Shown here piece after piece: positions 20,836-30,405 of a stretch of 64,000 bases of DNA. Every line of letters begins with the position of its first letter. The stretch's first letter is position 1. The notes under the pieces are model-generated. The model was not told the DNA's origin. It saw nothing but the letters and a program-made list of their open reading frames with translations, and did no database searches. Origin of the DNA: a virus. The position numbers and the translations under genes were made by a program. The stretch covers positions 1 to 64,000 of the IMG/VR virus record IMGVR_UViG_3300008255_000099. One strand, given 5' to 3'.

Positions 20836-21147
20836 TTATTTATCCTTTCTATTCGAAAAATATATTCTTAAAACTTCAACACCATATTTACTAAATTCAA
20901 ATTTGATATTCCATCCAGTAGAAACATATCTATTCCTAATCTCATATAAATAGTCATAGACATCTCCATTTTCAAATGAAATCTGAATCTCATTTAACAA
21001 TAGGCAAAAATCTATATAATTATTATGATCTAAAAGCTTTTCATTAATTTTTACAATAATTTTTTCTAAAAGTTTTTCATCTAAATCTTTTTGATTCGGT
21101 TTTACATCCTCGGGTGAAATTGGTTTGGTGTGATTCAAGCTTGACAT
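20836..21147 (-). CDS. Hypothetical protein
   Basis: RBS CAGGAG; upstream TGATGTATAAT (21167-21172 is the -10). Confidence 0.7.
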   Translation of the reverse strand: MSSLNHTKPISPEDVKPNQKDLDEKLLEKIIVKINEKLLDHNNYIDFCLLLNEIQISFENGDVYDYLYEIRNRYVSTGWNIKFEFSKYGVEVLRIYFSNRKDK

Positions 21148-21184
21148 AATTCATCTCCTGTCGGAGATTATACATCAAATTGAA

Positions 21185-21652
21185 CTATTCCGAGAGAAGA
21201 TTAAACACTTTTCCCATTAGAACATCAGATTCCATATGCATTTCTGCTTGATCTAAATAATTTGATGTTTTAATAATTCTTTCAACATTCGCATAAAGTC
21301 TTTTTTCTGCTTTTAATTGATTTATTTCCTGGCGAAGAATATTTATTTCTAAATCAGTATCTTTTTTTGCAAGATTTGTTTCTTTTTCAAGCGCTCTTAT
21401 TTCTCTTTCAACATCTCTAACAAGTTTGTTGTACAGTCTAAATTCTTCTCTTTGATCTTTTCTTATCTCTACGCCCCCTGGCTTCAAAGCAACTCTTCTT
21501 CTTAAAGTTCTGGCCCTTTCTTTTTTCATTTTAAGTTGTTCTTTAAGAGAATCGGCTCTAGCTTGACCAGCTTTTCGTTTATCGTCGATTAACGAAGATT
21601 TAAAATCAATTTGTTTTTGAATTAATTCTGCTTTGCTGCTTTCTCTAGACAT
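21185..21652 (-). CDS. Coiled-coil protein with C-terminal helical tag
   Basis: K/E/R-rich heptads; IIKTSNYLDQAEMHMESDVL at the end. Confidence 0.7.
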   Translation of the reverse strand: MSRESSKAELIQKQIDFKSSLIDDKRKAGQARADSLKEQLKMKKERARTLRRRVALKPGGVEIRKDQREEFRLYNKLVRDVEREIRALEKETNLAKKDTDLEINILRQEINQLKAEKRLYANVERIIKTSNYLDQAEMHMESDVLMGKVFNLLSE

Positions 21653-23513
21653 TTTTATTCCTTATCAATTGCTCTCTTCTTTTAGCCAATTCTTCATCAT
21701 CTCCAAGATTCCCTGCAACTGACTCCCATAATGCATAATAATCATCTGGAGAAACAGCTTCATTTTGCCATTCTTGAGGGAGCGAGTTATGTCCCATGTT
21801 ATACAAATCCCTAATTTCCGGTTCGGAGAGTTGATCGGATTTTGCTCTCTCTGTTGTTGCTTGAATCGGATTTTCATTTACTTCTAATCCTAATTCATTA
21901 AAAACCTCATTAAAAACCTCAAGAATTAAATTGCCATCAGGTGGAATTATTTCACTAAATTTGAACTTGGTTTTAAGAAAGACAGGAAATTGATATTCTT
22001 TTGAAAGCTCTTCTGTGATAATCTCTGTGAATGGTAAAAAATAATAATTTTTGATTAATTTAATTAAATCTGGATTAATTTTTATAGCTTCTAAAATTCT
22101 ATATTTAATGTTCAACCCTAATTCTGGTTTCGCTTCTTCATAGATTTCTTTAACATTTAAAGTTATTTGTTTTAAATAAGACAAGATAGAACTAAACAAG
22201 TTTGCGAACATATCTCCTTCATAGCTCTCATTGATAAGAGAAATATAACTTTCATCATTCATAAGATATGAAAGCACTGGATTGTTAACCAGAAAATATT
22301 CTGTTGCATCGCCAAAAACTTCAACTCCATTTTTTACAATATCTATTGGTAATATTTTTTTATTTTCAAATAATTCCATTAAAAATATTTCTTGGAATGG
22401 AGCGAGAATGCATTCGTCTTGCCATTGTCTAAATGCATCAAAACTTAAATAAACATTTGATCTTGCTTCACTTAATATTTCATCTATGTTTAATTCAATC
22501 TCTTGAGGTTCACCCCAATCTCTTTCAATCTCAATAAATGAAATACCATAGTAATTAGCATTAGAAATCATTCTCTCTATTTCATGATCTTCAAGAAAAA
22601 TATCATAAATTTGTTGAATTTCTCTTCTAATTTCTCTATAGACAATTATATCAAAACTATTCTATGAAATTTCAAAAGCATCTTCTGAAATTTTTCTTAA
22701 TTCTTCATTTTTAAATCTTTCATCATTTCCATGAAAATAATTACTATAAATTGGATCTTGAATTTCATCAGGCCAAAGTTCTTCTGCCGCTTCATACCAT
22801 TCTTCATAGTTAGAAGTATTTATTGGGGGAACAGATATGAACTCTCTCTCTGGTTCTTTTTCTGGCTCTTCTTGTTTTTTCTTGAAAAGATTTCCGATTC
22901 CATTATAAATAAAATCAACAATTTTAGTTAAAAAATTATCTTCTTTTTTCTCTTCTGGGATATCTCCTTGTCCTTCTAATTCCATGTCGTCGCCAATTTT
23001 TTCAGAGATAGCGTCATACAAATGGCCCATTAATCCAGAGTATCTTCCAAATGGTCCTTTAAACCCTAATAATCTTTCTTCTAATATCTCTTTTAAAATT
23101 ATTTCAATAACATCCTTATTTATTGGAGGAAGTCCAGCCTCATTTCTCTGCGAAAGATATTCCCAAATTGCATCTCTAAAAATTGATAAATCGTTTTTAT
23201 TTTTTAAAAAATCAGAAGGAACAAAATATGAATATGAAAGAAGTTTTAAAACATATTTATAAATTTGTTCGTGAATGTCTGCAATCAAATATTTAAAGAA
23301 TTTTTTTCTTTCTTTTTCTATTGCCATATGTTCTGGATCTAATTTAATTTGTCTTAATGCGGTTTTTTCTTTTTGAAATAAATCAGTCCAATTAATGTGT
23401 AGCGCCCCCACATCAATAAAATCGATAGCAGAAATTTTTGTAAAACTGTCACAAAAGGTATGGAATCCTTTATCGTCGAATTTATTAGATAATTTTAAAC
23501 AGAATTTTTTCAT
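21645..23513 (-). CDS. Putative 622-aa amber read-through protein (283 aa + TAG + 30 open codons + 308 aa), or two separate genes
   Basis: TAG at 22662-22664 is followed by NSFDIIVYREIRREIQQIYDIFLEDHEIER, in frame with ATG at 22571; N-terminal tag LKLSNKFDDKGFH. Confidence 0.5.
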
Positions 23514-23531
23514 GTTCCCCTCGAAATGTTT

Positions 23532-23596
23532 ATTTCAATAAAAAACGAAATTATCCTACAAATTATAAAAGGTTATCAAGATATATTGAAAGAACT
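23532..23596. promoter_or_regulatory. Back-to-back divergent AGG(A/T)-N17/18-GAA(A/T) promoter-like motifs
   Basis: Minus strand: AGGA (23554-57), 17 nt, GAAAT (23532-36). Plus strand: AGGT (23570-73), 18 nt, GAACT (23592-96). Confidence 0.5.
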
Positions 23597-23618
23597 TATT
23601 TAAAATGGAGGAAAGATT

Positions 23619-23975
23619 ATGAAAGTTCGTTCAGTTATAAAATTAGCAAAAATTTCAAATGATTTGAAAGCAAATGGTTATGATGAAGAATCAAAATCAC
23701 TTGATGAATTAATTCTTCGATCAATTGCTTCAACCAAACCTACTACCAAACAGGCTATGAAAAAAGAAGCTATGTGGAGTATTCAGCAGGTTATTAATTG
23801 GATTAAAGGATTGTTCTCACCACAACAAAGAACACAGATTTCACAGGGAATTATGGACAATTCACAGCAATTTGGTCAAGAGCCACAAGTTCAACCGCAG
23901 ACTACAATGCAAACTTTAAATAATCCAAATGCACCAACCGCAAAGAATTTAATGAGTGATCTAATGGCAGAATAA
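23619..23975 (+). CDS. Protein with N-terminal helical tag and Q-rich tail
   Basis: LAKISNDLKANGYDEESKSLDELI; strong GGAGG RBS. Confidence 0.75.
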   Translation: MKVRSVIKLAKISNDLKANGYDEESKSLDELILRSIASTKPTTKQAMKKEAMWSIQQVINWIKGLFSPQQRTQISQGIMDNSQQFGQEPQVQPQTTMQTLNNPNAPTAKNLMSDLMAE

Positions 23976-23982
23976 TTAAAAA

Positions 23983-24369
23983 ATGGCAAGTAGAGCAGAA
24001 ACTGCAATTAGCAATGAATATGAAAATTTAAACAATAATTGGAGAATTCCCACATCAGAAGCAGATTCTTATGCTGGAAGCATTATTGACAACTATGGTG
24101 TTGCCATCATTATGTTGCAAATAGAATCAAAATCTAAAACAATAACATCAATGTATTGGGTTATGCCAAAAGGGAATAAATATGGTGCGGCTTTTTGCAG
24201 TTGGCTCTCAAAATTAGTTATTGGAAAAACATTAGAAGAAGCAAGACAGTTAAGAAGATCTGATGTGGAAACTTTTGCGGGAATTCGTTGGCCTAAAAAG
24301 AAAAGGATATTTACATTACCACCGCTTGATGCTTTGTCGAGAGCAATTCATTCATATGGACATATTTAA
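23983..24369 (+). CDS. IscU/NifU-N (SufU)-fold protein lacking cluster-binding cysteines
   Basis: LVIGKTLEEARQL...PKKKRIF...LDALSRAIHSY matches the IscU C-half; the CGD, GC and KIHC cysteines are absent. Confidence 0.55.
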   Translation: MASRAETAISNEYENLNNNWRIPTSEADSYAGSIIDNYGVAIIMLQIESKSKTITSMYWVMPKGNKYGAAFCSWLSKLVIGKTLEEARQLRRSDVETFAGIRWPKKKRIFTLPPLDALSRAIHSYGHI

Positions 24370-24371
24370 AA

Positions 24372-25142
24372 ATGAAAGAATTTAAACAAAAATTAAATAA
24401 AATATCCCGACTTGAAGCTAATGGAGAACACGCCGATGCTGATCGCTTGTTGAAAGAATGTGCTTTGAAAGATTTTTGGGATAGATTTAAAAATCTGTTT
24501 AATAAGAAAAATCGAAGCAATCCGAAAAATGCGCCACAGCCCTCTGTAACCCCTCCTTCTTGGGAGAATGACCCGAACTACATCCCAGGGATAGCAAAGC
24601 CATCAGAGACGCCCTCAACGATGCCACAGGCCGTTGTGGGGCCACGCCAAAACATGCCGCCTGCCCCACCGGCACCAGCGCCAAAAGCACCACTGGCAAC
24701 ACCAACTCAAAAACCTAAAGAATCAACAATTCCAAGTAATGCGATTGAATTAGCTGGGGATTATTATGTTGATGGCCCTTGGAAAAACGGGGTTGCATCA
24801 TTCTATGACCCGACAGGGAATGGGACAGCTTGGTGGAATTCTCAACCAGGAAAAAATAGAGGGAAACAAGATCAGGTAAATTGGAAAGGTATAACCAATT
24901 GGTATGAATATGGAGACTATGCTAATTCAATTCCAACAGCAGCACATAAAACGCTTCGATTTGGAACTTTTGTAAAAATCAGATGGGGCGGAAAAGAAGT
25001 AATTGTTTTGATTACAGATCGTGGGCCGTTTGTTAAAGAAAGAGATTTTGACCTCAGCCCATTTGCCCACCAACAACTTGGCTTTGATGGAATTGGGAAA
25101 ATCCAATATTCAGTTCTTCAAAAAGTTGAGAATGTCGAATAA
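24372..25142 (+). CDS. rlpA: RlpA-like (DPBB) lytic transglycosylase with N-terminal tag and Pro-rich linker
   Basis: GVASFY, TAAHKTLRFGTFVKI, VIVLITDRGPFVKERDFDLS. Confidence 0.8.
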   Translation: MKEFKQKLNKISRLEANGEHADADRLLKECALKDFWDRFKNLFNKKNRSNPKNAPQPSVTPPSWENDPNYIPGIAKPSETPSTMPQAVVGPRQNMPPAPPAPAPKAPLATPTQKPKESTIPSNAIELAGDYYVDGPWKNGVASFYDPTGNGTAWWNSQPGKNRGKQDQVNWKGITNWYEYGDYANSIPTAAHKTLRFGTFVKIRWGGKEVIVLITDRGPFVKERDFDLSPFAHQQLGFDGIGKIQYSVLQKVENVE

Positions 25143-25154
25143 GAAAAATAAAAA

Positions 25155-26426
25155 ATGAAAGATCATTCACAAAACCAAGATTATAATAATTTAGTAAAAT
25201 CTTTTTCATGGATTCATAGCCTTGATCAATCAATTCAAGAAAAATTATATCAGTTAGAAATAAAATCTAAAGAAGTTTTCGAAAATGCTCCAGAGAATAT
25301 AAAAGAAATTGTCGGTGATGTGTCTTTTGAATTCTTTGTTCCAAGAATAATATTAATTAATCTAAAAAAATTAAATGAATTAGAAAATTTTAATGAATTA
25401 GAAAAACATTATGATGTTAATAAACTAATGTTTGAGGCTTTTGAGCAACTATATTTTATTTTATTAAAATCACCTGTTTTAGAACCAGAACAAAAACCAA
25501 TCGAAGAAGAAGAAATTGAAGACGATGAGGATGATGAGGATGATGAGGATGATGAGGATTACGATTTAGATCAAAATGGGGAATATTGGATTGCAGATGG
25601 AAGTTTAATGTATGCCGATGGTGACATCGGAGACAAGAATCATGAAGCACATGTCATAGAAACTCTGCTTTCACAAATTGGGATAAACGATGAAGATCCA
25701 AATTCAGGAGAAGATGAAATTTACCGAATGGCACTTGGCGAGAATTTTCCTATCTTTTTTGAATATAAAAGATTAAAAGAAAAAATTAGCCAACTTCCAT
25801 TTTCAATTAGTTATTATCAAAGAAAAAACCAAGATGGTATGAACAACGAAAAAATTATTGAATTAGAACAAGAATTAAAAAATGCTGAATTGCAACTAAA
25901 TGAATTAGAAGAATCTTATTATAGAGTTTTAGAAGAAAAAGAGAATCAAATTACAGAGTTTATGGAAATACTTGAAAGAATTAATTATAATAATGCAACA
26001 AAAGAAGATTACTTAAAGCTAGGACTTGATGAAATGGAAGCGAGCGTTTTAGCAGGTGAGATAGATGCAAGGGAATTTGCAATAAAAGAGTGGGGATGGA
26101 AAAGAGTCGTTGGGAACTATGTCCAAACACAAACAATGACTAGGAATGATTTGGATGAAATAGCTTCTGGGCTTGCCGAAGCTTTCAGTCCAAGAGACGA
26201 CTCAACATTTAACATCGAAGTAATAGGTGGGAACAGAGCTTATTATACAGATATTCCGTTTTGGATTATTTCAGAAGCGAGCCCATCCAAAATAAGAAAG
26301 TTTCAAGGATATAGTGGATCTATTGGGCTGATGGCAAAGAAAATAATTAAATTTGAGAAACAAGGGAATCATCAAAAAGCTGATGTTTTGTTGAAAAAAC
26401 TTTCACTGATTTATTCTTCTAAATGA
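25155..26426 (+). CDS. Acidic hypothetical protein with C-terminal helical tag
   Basis: KIIKFEKQGNHQKADVLLKKL; GATGATGAG 9-bp repeats at about 25524-25559. Confidence 0.75.
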   Translation: MKDHSQNQDYNNLVKSFSWIHSLDQSIQEKLYQLEIKSKEVFENAPENIKEIVGDVSFEFFVPRIILINLKKLNELENFNELEKHYDVNKLMFEAFEQLYFILLKSPVLEPEQKPIEEEEIEDDEDDEDDEDDEDYDLDQNGEYWIADGSLMYADGDIGDKNHEAHVIETLLSQIGINDEDPNSGEDEIYRMALGENFPIFFEYKRLKEKISQLPFSISYYQRKNQDGMNNEKIIELEQELKNAELQLNELEESYYRVLEEKENQITEFMEILERINYNNATKEDYLKLGLDEMEASVLAGEIDAREFAIKEWGWKRVVGNYVQTQTMTRNDLDEIASGLAEAFSPRDDSTFNIEVIGGNRAYYTDIPFWIISEASPSKIRKFQGYSGSIGLMAKKIIKFEKQGNHQKADVLLKKLSLIYSSK

Positions 26427-26914
26427 CGACGAATCATTGATTCATCGATATCTCTATCTACTTCTGGCCCAAATTCTTCTCTCATATGTCGTGGAGACAT
26501 TTCTCTAAAATCAGAGATTGCATGAGGATCAATTTTTTCAATAAGTTTTGAAAGGATTTCATCATATCTAGAATCAACGTCTGGTCTTAACGACCCTTCT
26601 TCGTGATCCCATAGATCTTCAGAATCTTCTAAAAGATGGCTCAATTCCGATCTTAATTTTTCAGAATCTAATTCATATGTGCCAGATATTTCATCTGGGC
26701 CATGCAAAGGATTGTCAAGATCCCAATCAGGGAATTTTTCTGAAACATCCCCGTGAAATCGATTTAACAAATTCTCAAACGGATCATCTTGCATTTGGCT
26801 TTTCTTCCTCATACATTTGATGTTGTGACGGATTTGTCTATCAACCTCATAAAATTTCCCTCTTTTTTCAAGAGATTCTATTAATCTAAAAATTCCACTT
26901 ATTTTACTTGCCAT
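26411..26914 (-). CDS. Acidic hypothetical protein with N-terminal helical tag
   Basis: IFRLIESLEKRGKFYEVDRQI; upstream AGGT-N17-GAAAA motif. Confidence 0.7.
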   Translation of the reverse strand: MASKISGIFRLIESLEKRGKFYEVDRQIRHNIKCMRKKSQMQDDPFENLLNRFHGDVSEKFPDWDLDNPLHGPDEISGTYELDSEKLRSELSHLLEDSEDLWDHEEGSLRPDVDSRYDEILSKLIEKIDPHAISDFREMSPRHMREEFGPEVDRDIDESMIRRHLEE

Positions 26915-27104
26915 ATTCTTTCTCCAAAAGAACTTTTCTGTCTTTTGGAGAAAGAACCTTCATTGAAATGAAATAATACTTGATTTTTTATCTTTTCTAT
27001 TTGGCGATATGTAGTCTCATTCTGCTCCTCTAGCTTGCACAAAGGCCATAGCTACAACTACTTATCCTTACCACGGCAACAGGTCTGCACGGCCAAATAC
27101 TATT

Positions 27105-27398
27105 TCATTCAACAACCTTGTACCTGCACCTATTTGTTACTTTTATGTAAACAGGTTTTCCATCATGCATTTGAAAAAATGGTTCTTCGCCTTCGGTGTA
27201 AGCAACAACCCTAAACACCATTATTTTACCGCTTTTCTTATTAAATTCTTTGAATAAAAATTTGTTCAAAAAATAATCTTCTTGTGAAATAAATTCAACT
27301 GCTAAAACTTCAAAAAAATCTGCTGTAAAAATTGGATCCATTTCATTATAAACAATTCTTTTACCAACTAGTTTTTGTGCTCTTTTTAGGATAGGCAT
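27105..27398 (-). CDS. Hypothetical protein (likely start MPILKRAQ)
   Basis: ATG at 27398 follows a TAGGA RBS. Confidence 0.6.
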   Translation of the reverse strand: MPILKRAQKLVGKRIVYNEMDPIFTADFFEVLAVEFISQEDYFLNKFLFKEFNKKSGKIMVFRVVAYTEGEEPFFQMHDGKPVYIKVTNRCRYKVVE

Positions 27399-27408
27399 GT
27401 TTTTGATC

Positions 27409-27903
27409 CTAGACCCAATCCATTCCATAGGCTAAAATGTAAACAATTAAATCTAATTTCCCAACATCTTTTTCAATTTCAACCAAATCTTCAAAAGTGG
27501 CTTTTTCAAAACTTTGAAACATATTATAAATTTCATCACGAATATTGTATTCGTCATTGAACCCAGGCTCTTTGCCCTGGTCAAGTTCCGTGTGTCCTGA
27601 ACACCAATTGCTTCCATTCCTTATTTCATCAAACCCACCATTTTTCCAAGCGAGTTTAATTCCACTATAATCCATCATATTTTTTCTATAATCAAAAGTC
27701 CCATATGTTCTTTCGATGTAAAGAAGATGTTCTTTAAGATATTTCAAAAATTCTTCTTTATCTTTCAAGGAATAAAGTTCTTCTTTAAATGTATCTGATT
27801 TTAATTTAATTTGATTTTTAACAGATTTTAAATATTCATTTACTTCTTTTTTTAAATTTTTTAGTTCTTCCAGATTCAAACTCTCTATGTCTTTTTCGAA
27901 CAT
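27409..27903 (-). CDS. Hypothetical protein
   Basis: AAGGA RBS; typical codon usage. Confidence 0.7.
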   Translation of the reverse strand: MFEKDIESLNLEELKNLKKEVNEYLKSVKNQIKLKSDTFKEELYSLKDKEEFLKYLKEHLLYIERTYGTFDYRKNMMDYSGIKLAWKNGGFDEIRNGSNWCSGHTELDQGKEPGFNDEYNIRDEIYNMFQSFEKATFEDLVEIEKDVGKLDLIVYILAYGMDWV

Positions 27904-27922
27904 TTTGCATTCCTTTCAAAAA

Positions 27923-28081
27923 TCAAAATATAGCCTTCCAAAAGAGTCCTAAAAAGCAACCAAACAAAAGGCCAAAGCCAGCGCCAACAGGGATTGAAGG
28001 AATAGCGAATCCCCAAACAATCCCAACAAAACAAAGCAACATCAAAATCCCATATCCAACAATCTTTTTTAGTTCTCCCAT
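27923..28081 (-). CDS. Small membrane protein, 52 aa, two hydrophobic helices (not in ORF track)
   Basis: MGELKKIVGYGILMLLCFVGIVWGFAIPSIPVGAGFGLLFGCFLGLFWKAIF; AAGGAG RBS. Confidence 0.6.
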   Translation of the reverse strand: MGELKKIVGYGILMLLCFVGIVWGFAIPSIPVGAGFGLLFGCFLGLFWKAIF

Positions 28082-28093
28082 TTTCCTCTCCTT

Positions 28094-28552
28094 TTATATT
28101 TTGAGTTTTTCAATTATTTCTTTAATTTGTCTCAAAGCTGTTTCTGCTTCATCTGGGTTATGATAAACACCTTCAAGTGATCCATAATGATGTTCAAGGC
28201 ATTTAATTAACAATGCTTTAATCTTTTTTTCATCTGGAGAATAAGGAATCGCCTCTGATTTGTTATAAACTTCTTCAAGCTGTTTCTCTTTTGATTCAAA
28301 AAATTCTTCAATTTTTTGAAGCGTCCATTCTCCACGGCGAATTGCTTTCAGTTGTTCGTTGTGCCGTTGAAGATCAAGATCACCTTCAATTAAAATTTGT
28401 TCACATTCAAGCAACAATCTGACAACATGATATAAAAATTTCCAATCTTCTCCTTCGGCTTTTGCTTTTAATCCCCTTGAACTACACTCAAGCATAAGAT
28501 TGTGATATTCTACGAGTTCTTCATCAGACAAGTTTTTTAGACACTCGGACAT
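28094..28552 (-). CDS. Nucleotidyltransferase (DNA pol beta superfamily), C-terminal half
   Basis: DWKFLYHVVRLLLECEQILIEGDLDL...LKAIRRGEWT is the conserved C-half of phage NTases; has its own AAAGGA RBS. Confidence 0.75.
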   Translation of the reverse strand: MSECLKNLSDEELVEYHNLMLECSSRGLKAKAEGEDWKFLYHVVRLLLECEQILIEGDLDLQRHNEQLKAIRRGEWTLQKIEEFFESKEKQLEEVYNKSEAIPYSPDEKKIKALLIKCLEHHYGSLEGVYHNPDEAETALRQIKEIIEKLKI

Positions 28553-28673
28553 TGAGAATCCTTTCTGTGTTCATCAATATATTTTGAAAAATTTTCCATA
28601 TTGTATATTTATTTAATTTTTTTCTTCTATCATAATAAAACTAATTAATCAGTAGTAAGGTGTATCCTTTTCA

Positions 28674-29288
28674 TTATTTTAATAATTTTCTTTTTAACAT
28701 TTCATTTTCTACTTGTTCTAATGTTATAGATCTTAAAATATTGTGTTTATCCTCAAATTCTTCTACTTTTTTTATTCCTTTATGCTCTTTAAATTTAGCT
28801 TTATGCAGAGATGAAAATGCATAACCTTTAAATTTATGCCAACAACCTTTGTGAAGAAAAATCTTTCTATTTTCTCGAATTAAATTCCCAACAGCAGTCG
28901 TGTGCAAAACACAAGTGTGAGGTACGAACAAACAATCAACAATGTTTGGATTGTTGTCCATTGCTAATTGAAAGAATTTGATGATTGAATAAATCTGGAA
29001 ATCATATGTTCTTCCGTTATTATTCATTTCTTCTGGAACTTCGATGTGGTGCTCCTGCCAAGTTTCGAATCTTTGGATTTGCCGCCCAAAACCAAGGATT
29101 TCACCAGTTAAATGTGGGAAACACATTTCTTTTGGTGGGACGACGATGCCATAACAATCCATATCACTTGTGTCACTTGAAACACCATAAGCCATTGAGC
29201 CAGTGTAAACAAGATACACAGTGTTATCTGGAACCCATTTCGGAGGTCTAATCAGATTTTTTTTACTCAACTGTTGGAGCTTGTTCAT
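28674..29288 (-). CDS. Nucleotidyltransferase (DNA pol beta superfamily), N-terminal half
   Basis: TGSMAYGVSSDTSDMDCYG (GS...DxD), NNPNIVDCLF, KFKGYA. Confidence 0.85.
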   Translation of the reverse strand: MNKLQQLSKKNLIRPPKWVPDNTVYLVYTGSMAYGVSSDTSDMDCYGIVVPPKEMCFPHLTGEILGFGRQIQRFETWQEHHIEVPEEMNNNGRTYDFQIYSIIKFFQLAMDNNPNIVDCLFVPHTCVLHTTAVGNLIRENRKIFLHKGCWHKFKGYAFSSLHKAKFKEHKGIKKVEEFEDKHNILRSITLEQVENEMLKRKLLK

Positions 29289-29322
29289 CTCTCACCTCTG
29301 TTTAACTATGGACGCATTTCCA

Positions 29323-29351
29323 ATTATATCTATTAGCGGTCATTTTGTCAA
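29323..29351 (-). promoter_or_regulatory. Consensus sigma70 promoter
   Basis: TTGACA-17 nt-TATAAT on the minus strand, upstream of the NTase gene. Confidence 0.8.
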
Positions 29352-29396
29352 GTCCCTTTATGGAATTCAGCCAATACATTAGAACAAGCTTCATTT

Positions 29397-29459
29397 TTAG
29401 CGAGAAGTTATTGAAACGCCTGAATACTCGCTTGCTTCTGTTATTTTATATATTTTCAT
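29397..29459 (-). pseudogene. 20-codon remnant resembling the start of an IS607-type TnpA (MerR-like HTH)
   Basis: MKIYKITEASEYSGVSITSR*, overlapping the methyltransferase stop; resembles the MKxYxIxEAxxxLGVSxxTL pattern. Confidence 0.4.
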
Positions 29460-30165
29460 TTATCCGCTTCTCTGCAATCTTGAAATACTCAAGGTCTAAC
29501 TCTATCCCGATAAAATTACGGCTTAGATTTCTACAGGCAACTCCCGTAGTTCCTGACCCCATGCAATTATCAAGAACCGTATCCCATTCGTCGGTGTATG
29601 TTTTGATTAAATACTCAGCAAGGGCTACAGGTTTTTCAGAACTATGAAATCTGCTGTAATTATCAACACACTTAAACTCTAAAATATTCGTTGGAAATCT
29701 TGTGGTTTTACCACCTTCAGAATCCCTCGTATTTGTTCCATCATATGTTTTGCCATTACTACATCCCTTTGCGCTATTGGTTGGTATATGCCCTTCGGTA
29801 ATTTGTGGGTAATATTTACCTTTTTTGAATATACATATTTCTTCAACCTTTCTAATAGGCATCCGTTTAGCATGAAAGAAATTAGTCCCTTGATTTTTCA
29901 ACCAATACCAACAATATCTAAAATCTTTTTCGTTACTTGAAATTATCTTTGTTGTAAATGGTTGAGAAGCAAACAAAGCAATCGTTCCATTTTTCTTAAT
30001 TATGCGGTTATATGACTTCCAAAGTTCTTTTATATCAATACGCTCATCCCATTTTGGTGCAATCATTCCATAAGGCAAGTCACAGAAAATTAAATCGACA
30101 CTTTCATTAGGAATATCTTTCATCTTCTCTAAACAGTCGCCTTGTATCAATTCAATTTTTAGCAT
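29446..30165 (-). CDS. Site-specific DNA methyltransferase (beta-class N4/N6)
   Basis: LIQGDCLEKM, VDLIFCDLPYG, HSSEKPVALAEYLI, VLDNCMGSGTTG. Confidence 0.9.
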   Translation of the reverse strand: MLKIELIQGDCLEKMKDIPNESVDLIFCDLPYGMIAPKWDERIDIKELWKSYNRIIKKNGTIALFASQPFTTKIISSNEKDFRYCWYWLKNQGTNFFHAKRMPIRKVEEICIFKKGKYYPQITEGHIPTNSAKGCSNGKTYDGTNTRDSEGGKTTRFPTNILEFKCVDNYSRFHSSEKPVALAEYLIKTYTDEWDTVLDNCMGSGTTGVACRNLSRNFIGIELDLEYFKIAEKRINENI

Positions 30166-30284
30166 CTTTCAACTCCTTAGCTAATTTTGAATGTTAAAAT
30201 CTGAATCATTTATTCTTCTGTTCCTCTATTAGATTCTTCATCATATGATACTATCATATATGGAATCATGAAAATGCCTGCAAT

Positions 30285-30357
30285 ATGTTAATGAAATAAC
30301 TGAACAGCTATTCATCCCTCCTCTAAAGAGTGAGGGCTTTCTAGCCGAATTCTGTAA
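30285..30357 (-). mobile_element. IS200/IS605-family left end, inserted after TTAC
   Basis: TTAC|AGAATTCGGCTAGAAAGCCCTCACTCTTTAGAGGAGGGATGAATAGC; homologous to 60708-60782; truncates a small ORF (MDTIFMANEQINFKDL). Confidence 0.65.
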
Positions 30358-30405
30358 ATCCTTGAAATTAATCTGTTCATTCGCCATGAAAATTGTATCC
30401 ATTAT

